A DNA stretch of 64,000 bases from Candidatus Poribacteria bacterium (GTDB lineage Bacteria > Poribacteria > WGA-4E > PCPOR2b), in assembly GCA_003635265.1 (NCBI GenBank), contig PYIZ01000043.1, forward strand, positions 77,707 to 141,706, read 5' to 3'. Every line of letters starts with the position of its first letter. Position 1 is the first letter of the stretch. The position numbers and the translations under genes are program-made. This document shows, in pieces, positions 9,057 through 18,800 of the stretch. The notes beneath the pieces are model-generated. The model was given only the letters and a program-made list of their open reading frames with translations. It searched no databases and had not been told where the DNA came from.

Positions 9057-9190
9057 CACATGTCGCCCCGCTGGGGCTTAGGATATTTGGTTTGTCCTGT
9101 ATTCTATAAACATGTCGCCCCTCTGGGGCTTAGGGGAATTGGTTTGCCAATGTGCTATACCCATATCGCCCCACCCCGATAGGATCGGGA
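9057..9190 (+). repeat. tandem about-52-nt repeat, 2 good units plus 1 degenerate, core CATGTCGCCCCGCTGGGGCTTAGG
   Basis: Units start at 9059, 9111 and 9162. The GCCCC-GCT-GGGGC hairpin is in each good unit. The same family occurs at 22381-22460 and 54841-54921. Confidence 0.75.
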
Positions 9191-9211
9191 TTCAGAGCAA
9201 TATGCCTACTA

Positions 9212-11491
9212 CTAAAACTCGGTGGTAATTCCTAGGTAGGGGATGATCGGAAATTGGTAGATTTCTTCTCTTTCATCTCCATCATAGTAGATTACTTCTC
9301 TGTCATCTTCATCATAATCGTCGCTGTAACTATAAGTGAGTAGGTTTTTACGGTTATAGGCGTTCAAGAGTTCAAGAAAGAGGCTCATCTCCCAACTGTT
9401 AAATCGAAACGCTTTGCTGATTTTCACATCCAACCGGTGGTAGGGTGGAAGTCGTTCCGAATTTATGTCCCCGTAAATGGGAATGTAGATGGGTTCGCCG
9501 TTGCGTCGATCAATTATACGGGTCACGCCTAGCTCCGGGGTATAGGGATTGCCGGTTCGGTACTGCCATTTTAGACCGATTTCCCAAGTCGGAGTGAGTC
9601 TATAAGTCGCCGCCAAGGTCGCTACATGTGTCTGGTCAAACGAATAGTAGCGATACGGTTCCTCTGGGCGGTCACGCCGTTTAGAAACCCCATACGTGTA
9701 GGATCCCCAACCTAAGAATCGATCTCCAGCCCTATGGCGCAGGAACACTTCCATCCCTTGTGCGAATCCAACACCTTGGTTAAGATATTTCATATCCTCA
9801 TCGTTAGTCACAAGGTGCGCAAGATCTTTGTAATAGCCTGCGAACTTGAATTCTGTCCCCTCCGAAACTTGGCGTGTGAATTCCAAGACATAGTGACTAG
9901 CTTCGCTTGTAGTCAAGTCGGGGTTTCCAACGCTTTGGGTAAGTCGCGGTGGTCCCGGCACCTGATGATAGTTGCCGTAAGAGAGCTGGAGTTGAGAACC
10001 TTCCATAATGTCTAACAGGAGGCTTCCACGCGGTTGGATAGAAAACTCGTCAACAAGGCTAAAGTAATCCACGCGTAAACCGAGTGCAACCGATAAGAAT
10101 GGCAGCACCCGATACCGGTCTTGCAGGTACACTTCCATTCGTCGACTAGAGACGGATTCATCGAATGTTTGCCTTTCGGCGAGCCGAAAATCGTAGTCGA
10201 CCTCACCCTCATCGGGCGGACGGTTACCCGTGCCAACCGCTCTGCCCGTTTCAAATCCAAATATCACCCCAGTTTCAAGTTGATGTTTCGGGTTTAATGT
10301 GTAGGTGAGGTCCTCGCGAAGCAAGTAATCTGGTGCATCAATCGTCAGAGATATTTCGGGACCAGCCCGGACATCAAATTGGAAATCAGATCGGGTCAAG
10401 GACAGAAATGAGGTCAGCCGGTCTGTGAACCGAGAACGGAGATGAATACCACCACCCTCAAAGCCGCTCTCAAAGCTAACATTTCCTCTAAAATCCTGGT
10501 CTACATCTTCGCCATCCAACTTGAGTGCAAAACTGTCGCCAGAAGCGAATATGTTCAGAGAGAGTTGATGCTTGTCATTGAGATCATAGCCTCCCTTTAG
10601 CTGATAATCCCAGAACCGGGGGAAGGCGGTGATTTCCCCGCTGTCAAACGCCAGTGAGCCAAGGAATAGGTCAATGTAACTTCGTCGTCCGGCAAAATAC
10701 CAGTACCCCTGATTGCTGATTTTTCCCTCTAACAATCCTTCGGAGTAGAGGACATTCAGATTCAACTTTGCGCGGAAACCGTCCGTGTTTTTGTTCCGGG
10801 AATAGATGTCAATCACCGCCTGCGAATCGACGCCAAATTCGGCGCCATAGCCACCGGCGTAGACATCGATTCGCTCAATGACTTCGGAACTGAGGGAGGA
10901 GACGATTCCGCCAAAATGGTAGGGATAACCGATCGGCACCCGATCAAAGTAGTAGAGGTTGTCTTCATCGGAGCCGCCGCGGATATAGAGCGCACCGCTA
11001 AAGTCGTTCGCGACACCGACACTCGGCAGCGCTTGTAGGGCGCGCAGGGCATCCCCTGTGGAACCGGGCACACGCTGAATCTCCGCGCTACTAAGGGTCT
11101 GCCTACCAACGGGTGACGCGGCACGTTCTCCTGTCACTTCTACCTCATCAAGTTCGACTGCAACCTGTTCCAGATAAATTTTGAGTTGGATCGTTTCTCC
11201 CTGTTCGATGGTGACGACGACATCCTCTGGAGGCTGATAACCGGAAGCAGAGGCGGTGAGCGTATACTGTCCGGGTGACAGGTTGGGGAATCGAAATTCG
11301 CCGTTCTGATCGGTTCTGGCGCGTTGATTCGTTTCTACGATACGTATCTGGACGGAGGCGACTGGCCGCTCAGGATCAACTTGATAAACTGTTCCATAAA
11401 TTTCCCCTGTGCTGCTTGGTGCCCCTTGTCCAAATGCAATACAGGGATAAGTAAATAAGACAAACAGAAAACAGATTGAAAACCGCTTCAT
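9212..11491 (-). CDS. TonB-dependent receptor with an N-terminal carboxypeptidase-regulatory-like domain
   Basis: Signal peptide, a 'GTVYQVD..VQIRIVETNQRARTDQNGEFRF' domain, a plug-like region, and a long beta-barrel ending in a terminal F. Confidence 0.8.
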   Translation of the reverse strand: MKRFSICFLFVLFTYPCIAFGQGAPSSTGEIYGTVYQVDPERPVASVQIRIVETNQRARTDQNGEFRFPNLSPGQYTLTASASGYQPPEDVVVTIEQGETIQLKIYLEQVAVELDEVEVTGERAASPVGRQTLSSAEIQRVPGSTGDALRALQALPSVGVANDFSGALYIRGGSDEDNLYYFDRVPIGYPYHFGGIVSSLSSEVIERIDVYAGGYGAEFGVDSQAVIDIYSRNKNTDGFRAKLNLNVLYSEGLLEGKISNQGYWYFAGRRSYIDLFLGSLAFDSGEITAFPRFWDYQLKGGYDLNDKHQLSLNIFASGDSFALKLDGEDVDQDFRGNVSFESGFEGGGIHLRSRFTDRLTSFLSLTRSDFQFDVRAGPEISLTIDAPDYLLREDLTYTLNPKHQLETGVIFGFETGRAVGTGNRPPDEGEVDYDFRLAERQTFDESVSSRRMEVYLQDRYRVLPFLSVALGLRVDYFSLVDEFSIQPRGSLLLDIMEGSQLQLSYGNYHQVPGPPRLTQSVGNPDLTTSEASHYVLEFTRQVSEGTEFKFAGYYKDLAHLVTNDEDMKYLNQGVGFAQGMEVFLRHRAGDRFLGWGSYTYGVSKRRDRPEEPYRYYSFDQTHVATLAATYRLTPTWEIGLKWQYRTGNPYTPELGVTRIIDRRNGEPIYIPIYGDINSERLPPYHRLDVKISKAFRFNSWEMSLFLELLNAYNRKNLLTYSYSDDYDEDDREVIYYDGDEREEIYQFPIIPYLGITTEF

Positions 11492-11799
11492 GTGGTGCTA
11501 TTTCTCCTTTGATATTTTTGGTCTACTTTTATGACGGAAATATTTTGATCTGAGTTGACATCTTGGAGAGAAATATGGGAGTATCCGAACGATGTTTATT
11601 TGTGAGGTGGAAATGGATAAAATGGAAAGACAGATTGATAACAAGATTGAAACCTAGTAGGGAACACAGATCTGCGTTCCCTGCAGGATCTCTCGGGGAA
11701 GACATTCTCAACGTTCACTCAGACAAATCTGCGTTTCTCATAAATCTCTTCTGCGTTCATCTCTAGTATCTTGATAGTGTCTATGACTAGCTGAACGGT

Positions 11800-12597
11800 T
11801 CAGACTCGTCCCGGAAATTCTTTTCCTCGGATGCGCATGAAACGAAACTCTCCTCGCGGCTTCCCGCACTCGGTTCCGAGACGTGCCTCCTCATCCTCAA
11901 TGCCGAGGTATTTTGTCTCGGCGTGGAGATAGTGCAACGCTAACCCACGACGTCGGTTCGGTGTTGGGTTCGCCCCGGTACGGTGAAAGTTCAGACCGTG
12001 GTGGAACATGCAGTGTCCCGCCTTCAACTCCACAGGTGTCGGCTTGGCGATCTCGGGATCGTCGATGAATCGCTGTTTGTATTCGCGGGTGACGGGTCCC
12101 CATTTGTGGCTGCCGGGGATGACGGTCATACAGCCGTTTTCGACGGTGGCATCATCTAAGGCGACCCAACAGGTTACGTGGTCTTGCGGGACAAAGAAGG
12201 GCCACGCGGGTGAGTCTTGGTGCCAGTCGGTCACGGTCCCGTTGTAGCGGGGTTTCATCATCAGTTGGTCGGTGTAGAGCTTGATGTTGGGACCCATGAG
12301 ATCTTCAATGACATCCACAATCTCAGGTTTCTTGGCAACCGCTTGGAAAAGGTCGTCAAAGTAGCAGAGTTGCGTCATCTTGCGGACGGTGTCAAGACGG
12401 GGCTCGGTAGTATTCTCACCATCACGGAACGCTGCCTCCTGCTGGATGTAGCGGGACGGCACGTGGGTCACACGTCCCTCAATGATGTCCTCGCTCCGCC
12501 GACGGAGGGCTTCCAATTCTTCGTCAGACACAACCCGCGTATAGGGCAGGTAGCCATATTCCTGAAAGAACGCTTTCTGATCGGTCGTTAAAGCCAT
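11800..12597 (-). CDS. phytanoyl-CoA dioxygenase (PhyH) family Fe(II)/2OG oxygenase
   Basis: 'WHQDSPAWP' (H-x-D), 'VIPGSHKWG' and a distal His in 'FHHGLNFH'. Confidence 0.75.
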   Translation of the reverse strand: MALTTDQKAFFQEYGYLPYTRVVSDEELEALRRRSEDIIEGRVTHVPSRYIQQEAAFRDGENTTEPRLDTVRKMTQLCYFDDLFQAVAKKPEIVDVIEDLMGPNIKLYTDQLMMKPRYNGTVTDWHQDSPAWPFFVPQDHVTCWVALDDATVENGCMTVIPGSHKWGPVTREYKQRFIDDPEIAKPTPVELKAGHCMFHHGLNFHRTGANPTPNRRRGLALHYLHAETKYLGIEDEEARLGTECGKPRGEFRFMRIRGKEFPGRV

Positions 12598-12621
12598 GTA
12601 GCATCTCCTTTGCTGCGCTGT

Positions 12622-12743
12622 TAGGGCTATTCAGTTTTCGGCTTTCTGTCAGTTCTATGGGATCAATCGCGACTAGGAAGTCGCTCCCACAGTGAAGGGT
12701 CGGGATTTGGAAATCCCTCCTACGGTAAAACTAAATGACCCTA
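12622..12743 (+). repeat. MITE-like element, family A copy (TIRs TAGGGCTATTCAGT / ACTAAATGACCCTA, core GTCGGGATTTGGAAATCCCTCCTAC)
   Basis: Terminal inverted repeats and core are shared with 13196-13259 and 25295-25382. It carries an extra internal hairpin, gcgactaggaagtcgc. Confidence 0.55.
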
Positions 12744-12762
12744 GCTGCGCTGTAATTGTGGG

Positions 12763-12791
12763 TTGAGATGTATGTCGTTTTGGTGTATAAT
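12763..12791 (+). promoter_or_regulatory. sigma70-like promoter candidate for the micro-protein gene
   Basis: TTGAGA, a 17-nt spacer, then TATAAT. Confidence 0.4.
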
Positions 12792-12844
12792 ATATGTCGT
12801 TTCAACATATGATGTAACAATACTTAATTACAGGAGATTGAGTT

Positions 12845-13096
12845 ATGAAGTGGGAAAATCATCAAACACTCTTGACAGTTCTCGTCACGTTGATTGTTGC
12901 TATCTTCGGCTTTGCACAGGTGTATATCTTATTCTCTGTCAAGCAGGTGGACAATCGAATCACGCGACTTGATAATCGAATCACACGACTCGATAATCGC
13001 ATCAATGAGCGACTTAATCTGATAGAAGATCGGCTGGATACACTCACTCAGAACCACATTACTCACCTCGCCCATCACAATCAGGAGAGCGATTAA
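12845..13096 (+). CDS. small membrane-anchored heptad-repeat protein (83 aa)
   Basis: AGGAGA RBS, one N-terminal TM helix, then (DNRITRL)x3-like heptads encoded by 21-nt tandem repeats at 12950-13054. A paralogue lies at 52307-52600. Confidence 0.55.
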   Translation: MKWENHQTLLTVLVTLIVAIFGFAQVYILFSVKQVDNRITRLDNRITRLDNRINERLNLIEDRLDTLTQNHITHLAHHNQESD

Positions 13097-13098
13097 GC

Positions 13099-13122
13099 GT
13101 CGAGATATGAATCTCGACCTAC
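13099..13122 (-). repeat. GTAG-headed REP-like hairpin directly after the micro-protein stop codon
   Basis: gtcgagat-atga-atctcgac followed by CTAC. It is the reverse complement of the element at 9020-9043. Confidence 0.6.
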
Positions 13123-13124
13123 TC

Positions 13125-13194
13125 GATTTAGTTTATTAGTTCATTGGTTCATTCCACGCATCACGTTTCACGCTTGGGGTGAATCTTTCACGCA
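13125..13194. repeat. short tandem repeats: octamers (TTCATTGG-like), then heptamers (TCACGYW)
   Basis: 'gatttagtttattagttcattggttcattcc' followed by 'cacgcatcacgtttcacgc..tttcacgca'. Confidence 0.6.
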
Positions 13195-13195
13195 G

Positions 13196-13259
13196 TAGGG
13201 TTGTTTAGTGAGGAGTCGGGATTCGGAGATCCCTCCTACAGAAGAAGTAAATGTTCCTA
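13196..13259 (+). repeat. MITE-like element, family A copy (64 nt)
   Basis: TIRs TAGGGTTGTTTAGT / AGTAAATGTTCCTA and core GTCGGGATTCGGAGATCCCTCCTAC. Its right TIR supplies the response regulator's TAG stop. Confidence 0.6.
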
Positions 13260-14726
13260 ATCGCGTAGTTCTTTCTCTTGATCGTTTTTGTTCAGCCAGC
13301 CGTAAGATTCTAATTTGCGATACAGCGTCCGCAAACCGATTCCGAGAATTTCCGCCGCTCGTTTCTTGTTATTGCCGGTTTCCGCCAACGTCTTGCTGAT
13401 AGCCTCTTTTTCGATCTCTTCCATTGTCATTCCAACCCTTCCGACCTTTTCATCGTCCGCATCAATTAAATCTTCCTGATCCTCCGGGGTATCAATGCCC
13501 ACAGGAATCCCCATTTGAATATCGGGATCGGAAATCACCTCCGAATCTGTGAAACTTGTTTGAAAATCGGAGGAGAAATCGCCGAGATCAAGGGTTTCCG
13601 TCCTCGCTAAGATGATGGCGGTTTCGATGACGTTGCGTAACTCACGGATGTTTCCATCCCAAGCAGCATTTTTCAGGTAATCCATGGCTTGGGGGGTGAT
13701 ATCTGAGATGGGCCGGTCATGTTCTTTGCTGAACTCTTTGATGAACGCACTGACCAGTAGGGGGATATCCTCTCGCCGCTCCCTTAATGGTGGCACCCGA
13801 ATCGGAAAGCGGTTGATACGGTGATAGAGGTCGTTGCGGAATTTTCCGTTTTTCACCGCTTCTTCGAGGTCTGAGTTGGTCGCAGCAATGATACGGACAT
13901 CGGTTTTGATCGGTTTATCCCCGCCGAGACGCGTGAATTCCTGTCCTTCTAAGACACGGAGGAATTTCACCTGTGTTTCAATCCCCATTTCCCCAACTTC
14001 GTCCAACAGCAGCGTTCCCCCGCTAGTCTGCTCAAACACTCCTAGTTTGCGGGTCGTCGCCCCGGTGAAAGCACCGCGTTCATGACCAAATAGTTCGCTC
14101 TCAAGTAGCTCACGGTAAAGTGCACCACAGTTAATTGTCCGATACGGTTTGTCTTTTCGGCGGCTATGGTTGTGGATTGCGTTCGCAATCAGTTCCTTCC
14201 CAACACCACTTTCGCCGCGGATGAGGACTGTTGCATTGGTCGGGGCAACAAGCCGAATCATCCGGAAAACCTCTAGCATCGGTTTAGAGGTGCCGATAAT
14301 GTTCGCAAACCCAAACTTGTCATCAAGCTGTTCTCGCAGGTTGACGTTTTGGAGGAAGAGCGACCGTTTTTCGAGCGCGTTTTTCGCTGTTTGGCGCAAG
14401 ATGTTAATCTGTATCGGCTTTTCGAGGTAGCCATCCGCGCCTGCTCTCGTAGCTTCGACCGCGCTGTCTATTGAGCCGTAGCCCGTTAAGATGATGACCT
14501 GTGTGTAAGGATAGTTATCTTTTATATGCTTGAGCAGATCTATCCCACTCAGGTCGGGCATCTTTTCATCCGTGATGACGACATCAATGTTTTCAGCAGC
14601 TAAGATTTCCAGTGCCTTGCGTCCACCCGATGCTGCAAATAGGGCGTAGCCTTCGCGTTCAAGTACTTCGATGGCTGCCTCGACGCTTGCCTGATCATCG
14701 TCTACAACAAGGATTTTTGGAATCAT
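13257..14726 (-). CDS. sigma54-dependent response regulator (NtrC family)
   Basis: Receiver domain ('ILVVDDD', 'VITDEKMPD'), AAA+ Walker A 'GESGVGKE', 'GAFTGA' motif, and a C-terminal Fis-type HTH 'KRAAEILGIGLRTLYRKL'. Confidence 0.9.
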   Translation of the reverse strand: MIPKILVVDDDQASVEAAIEVLEREGYALFAASGGRKALEILAAENIDVVITDEKMPDLSGIDLLKHIKDNYPYTQVIILTGYGSIDSAVEATRAGADGYLEKPIQINILRQTAKNALEKRSLFLQNVNLREQLDDKFGFANIIGTSKPMLEVFRMIRLVAPTNATVLIRGESGVGKELIANAIHNHSRRKDKPYRTINCGALYRELLESELFGHERGAFTGATTRKLGVFEQTSGGTLLLDEVGEMGIETQVKFLRVLEGQEFTRLGGDKPIKTDVRIIAATNSDLEEAVKNGKFRNDLYHRINRFPIRVPPLRERREDIPLLVSAFIKEFSKEHDRPISDITPQAMDYLKNAAWDGNIRELRNVIETAIILARTETLDLGDFSSDFQTSFTDSEVISDPDIQMGIPVGIDTPEDQEDLIDADDEKVGRVGMTMEEIEKEAISKTLAETGNNKKRAAEILGIGLRTLYRKLESYGWLNKNDQEKELRD

Positions 14727-14744
14727 CTCATCACCTGACGTGTC

Positions 14745-14770
14745 GGTTCATTGGTTCATTAGTACAATTG
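14745..14770. repeat. octamer short tandem repeat (TTCATTGG TTCATTAG TACAATTG)
   Basis: Read directly. It lies between the kinase and response-regulator genes. Confidence 0.55.
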
Positions 14771-14824
14771 CGGAGTTACGGCACACGGCGCCCCGATGAA
14801 TCGGGATTCAAAGCAATGTGCTTA

Positions 14825-15610
14825 CTACTTTAGTGTAGGCAGCACAATGGAGAATTTTGTACCTTGATCGGGATTACTCTCCACATTTACACGCCCACCA
14901 TGTCCCTCGATAATCTGTTTTACGATTGTGAGACCGACGCCGGTCCCCTCCTCTTTTGTGGAGATGAACAGATCAAAGATTTTGTCAAACTGCTCCGGAT
15001 CGATACCTAGACCTGTATCTTCCACCTCAATATGTACGCCCTCATCTAACGGCTTTGCACGAACCGTGAGAGTACCACCATCCTCCATCGCCTGAACGCC
15101 GTTGATAATCAAATTAAGCAATGCCTGCTTGAACTGTGATTGATCGAGTTGAACGAGAGGCAGTACTTCAATCTCACGCTTGACCTCAACATTTTGCTTC
15201 TGTGCCTCCGGTTCATCGAAGTCCAAAACTTCTTCGATAAGCACAGCGATATCACAGCTTTCAAACGTCAACGGTGGCAGATTCGCATAACGACGAAAAT
15301 CGGTCAATATTCGATCAAGCCGTTCCACTTCCCTACGTATACGCTGGACACGCTTCTGCAAATCGCTGGAGGAATTCGCGTTCTCAGCGGATAGGTCTTC
15401 TTCTAAAATTTGGAGGTTGAGGTTAACGCTATTGAGCGGATTGCGGATTTCATGGACTAATTCACGGGTGAGGGGATGTGCCGGCTTAGGAGATTCAGTA
15501 TTAAGCCTTTGGGCACGCGGGTATCCCCGCCGCCGAGCCGCGACCACCAGAATGCCAACGGCAAGAATCAGAATGAGTCCACTTGGAATCAACCACCAGG
15601 TGACGTTCAT
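14825..15610 (-). CDS. sensor histidine kinase
   Basis: N-terminal TM, H-box 'HEIRNPLN', N-box 'LLNLIINGVQAM', G-boxes 'DTGLGI' and 'GTGVGL'. Confidence 0.85.
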   Translation of the reverse strand: MNVTWWLIPSGLILILAVGILVVAARRRGYPRAQRLNTESPKPAHPLTRELVHEIRNPLNSVNLNLQILEEDLSAENANSSSDLQKRVQRIRREVERLDRILTDFRRYANLPPLTFESCDIAVLIEEVLDFDEPEAQKQNVEVKREIEVLPLVQLDQSQFKQALLNLIINGVQAMEDGGTLTVRAKPLDEGVHIEVEDTGLGIDPEQFDKIFDLFISTKEEGTGVGLTIVKQIIEGHGGRVNVESNPDQGTKFSIVLPTLK

Positions 15611-15710
15611 ACGATTTGACAGGGGAGATTTTAAGCGAAAGGACGTTTGTCGTTAGATTCCCGTGGCGGTATCAGGGAAATGTCTCTGCCACTACGCCCG
15701 AACGACGAAA

Positions 15711-15777
15711 TTGGTTCATTGGTGCATTGGTTCATTAGTACATTAATGAACTCTTGAACTAATGTACTAATGAACCC
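15711..15777. repeat. octamer repeat array that folds into a perfect 17-bp hairpin
   Basis: Arms 15729-15745 (ggttcattagtacatta) and 15760-15776 (taatgtactaatgaacc), with a 14-nt loop. Confidence 0.7.
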
Positions 15778-15870
15778 AATATCCTCACCAACTCGTATCA
15801 AAGGTTAAAAATATGAGCACGAACCCGGCGAGAGATTTCTCCGGGCAACCATTTATGGCTACATCAACCA

Positions 15871-18800
15871 CTATGCAGTGCTTTCCTGAACTTCTTGAAC
15901 CTCTATATTTCGTCTCCTTAAATGCCAGAGATATATGATTGGACTGGCGATGAAAACCGATGAATACGTTCCAACAATGACACCCACAATCAACGCCAAT
16001 GCAAAGGTGTTAATCTCTTGACCCGCAGCCGTTTGGAGGAAAATAACGAGAACAACAAAGAGCGTTGTCAACGAGGTCACCACTGTACGACTCAAGGATT
16101 GATTGATGCTTCTGTTGATAACTTCAGCGAAGTCGGTGCCTTTGAGCAGTGTGCTATTCTCACGAATACGATCGAATACCACAATCGTATCGTTCAAGGA
16201 GTAACCGATAATTGTGAGAAATGCCGCAACTGTCGGCAGGTTAATTTCCTTGACTAACACTGAAAAGACGCCAAGTGTAATCAACACATCGTGAATCAAC
16301 GCAGCGATCGCACCGATAGCGAAACGAAATTCGAAGCGCCAAGAGATATAGAAAAGCAGAATTACAATCGACCAGATGACAGACCATAGCGCCGCCCATT
16401 TAAGGTCTTTGCCGACACTGGGTCCAACCTCATTCACGCTCACAGCCCGCGGCACTGCTTTCCAGTCGCCATCTCCTTGTAACAACGCACCGGTGAGGAT
16501 CTGCCCGACACTCGCTTGTACCTGTATCTGCGCTGCTTGCGTCAGATCGGCTCCAATTTCGTCCACGAGTGCAAAGGTAACGGTGCCCTCGCCCTCTATA
16601 ACTTCACTAATCTCATTCCTCAACCGATGCTCTCCGTCGATTAACTGAATCGCATCTCCGGGTTGGAAACGCACTCTCTCTTGTGTGGCACTCACTTGAA
16701 CGCTCCTCGCAGTTGCATCCCCAGGATCAGCGATCAACGGCACAACGACTCTCTGGCTTTCAAACTCCTTGCTATAGCCGATGTCAATTGAGGCTTCCTG
16801 CTTCGCTGCATCCACTTGGATCTTGGAGCGCTCGTAGCCCAGTTCCGTTAGTTTCGCGGAAAGTTCTGGTTGGGTGACCGCTCGGTTAAATTTGGCGTAG
16901 GTCTTGACACCGCCCCGAAAATCAATCCCGAAATTTGGACCGTTATGGAGAACGAGCGAAACTAGACCGATAATAATGAGGATTGAGGAAACAACAAATC
17001 CCATTCGACTTCTGCTAAGAAAACTGATGGTTGTGTTTCTGATAACCTCGCGTCCGATACTGAGCCTCTCGACATTTCGACCGCCAAGCACCCAGCCGTA
17101 AATCTCTCGTGTGACAACAATGGCGGTAAACATGCTGGCAAAGATACCGACTCCCAATGTAACAGCAAACCCCTTGATGGGACCTGTCCCGAAATGGTAG
17201 AGTACCGCTGCAACAGCTAGCGTCGTTACGTTGGCATCAAGGATTGTCCAGAAGGCTTTTTGGTAGCCGGTCTGAATTGCAGACCATACAGTTTTGCCGG
17301 TGCGTAACTCCTCACGGATACGTTCAAAAATAAGCACATTTGCATCAACCGCCATGCCGATGGTCAAGACAAGCCCTGCAAGTCCGGGCAGCGTCAAAGC
17401 CGCACCAAACCCGGCAAGTGCACCCAGAATAATCAGCATATTAAATGCTAGCGCAATAATCGCAACGATACCCGAAAATCGGTAATAGATTAACATGAAA
17501 ATCAGAACGACTCCCATGCCAATAACTGCGGCGCGAACACCGTCGTCAATTGCCTCTTGACCAAGGGTTGGACCTACCGTTCGCTCCTCGGCGATTTTTA
17601 CGCCGACGGGAAACGCCCCCGCCTTGAGGATATTCGCTAGATATTGGGCTTCCTCAAAGGTAAAGTCCCCAGAGATTTGAGCATTTCCGCCGAGAATAGG
17701 CTCGTTAATTCGCGGGGCAGATTGGATCTTGCCATCAAGCAGAATGGCTAAGAGTTCACCAACGTGGTTGGTGGTCAGTTGCCCAAATTGCCGGGTACCT
17801 TGGGAATCAAAACCCATAGACACAACGATCTCGAAGGTGGTATTTCCCTGGGTTTCGCGCGCATTCTTAATCCGATCGCCGCTTAGTAAAACCGGACTTT
17901 GTACAACATACCAGCTATTTGCTAGGGAGGTCCCATCGTCGTTATGGTATCGAATCTCGGTGCCTTCGGGAATATCGTCAGGCGGTGGGGTATCCGCCGA
18001 TCCAGTCCAAGCAACTGCACCGGTGGGACTCTTTTCTACCAACTTAAATTCCAGTCGTCCCATCGTTTTGACAATCTGGAGCGGTTTTGACGAATCCTTT
18101 GCGCCGGGCAATTCCACGATGATTCGAGGACGATTGGCTTCGCGTCGAATCGACGGTTCAGCAACGCCAAACGCATCAATGCGGTTTCGTAGCACCACCA
18201 TAACTTGGTCGATTGCTTGTTCGCTATACTCCTCCAAGCCAGATTCATCCAAGCGAATCTGATAGATCACCTCCGTGTCAGTTCTATCAACTTCTTGGGG
18301 ATCGTCGAAGAACTCCAAATCCTGAAGATTCTCCTGTGCCCTTTTCAGATATTCTGCCTGTTCGGTTGGGTCCGAAAGCCGTTTCGGGATACCCACAACG
18401 ACGTTCAACGCATTCTCCTCTAAGACCGGTTCCGCTTCCCTGCAATGAATCTTATCTGTTCGCAATCGCTCAGGTATTGAGTCAGCACGTCCCTTAAGTA
18501 GTTCGACTTTTGACTCCTCAAGATCGACTTCAAGGACGAGGTGAACGCCGCCTCTGAGATCGAGACCGAGCTTTAAGCGATTGTCCGGTATCAAGCGACG
18601 AACGATAGTCGGGATACTTCCATACAGATGTAGGTTTTCCAAAATCCCTTCAAGATCGGCTTTGCTCTTTGGGGATAAGAAACTGACAAGGAAATCTCTT
18701 TCCTCCGTTGTATCAAATTGATAATCCACCGCCTCCTCAAATCCGTTAGCCTCCAACCTTCTCGCCAAGATCTCCTTGAGTTCCGTTGTTGCATCCTGCA

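Noticed and set aside
9057-9190. A CRISPR-like appearance: a repeated 24-nt hairpin-containing sequence separated by about 30 nt. The same pattern occurs at 22381-22460 and 54841-54921.
   Set aside because: The intervening 'spacers' are themselves homologous to one another, so the true unit is a tandem repeat of about 52 nt. There are only 2-3 units per locus, and no cas genes or leader are present.
11529-11766. Two overlapping 60-67-aa ORFs in the TonB-receptor leader region.
   Set aside because: They overlap each other on opposite strands, lack RBSs, and lie in an AT-rich, repeat-containing region. They are more likely non-coding leader or promoter DNA.
13257-15870. A search for sigma54 (-24/-12, TGGCAC-N5-TTGC) promoters near the NtrC-type regulator and elsewhere.
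   Set aside because: The TGGCAC occurrences I found (for example 3797, 7553 and 7693) lack a properly spaced TTGC or lie inside genes. No convincing site can be called by eye.
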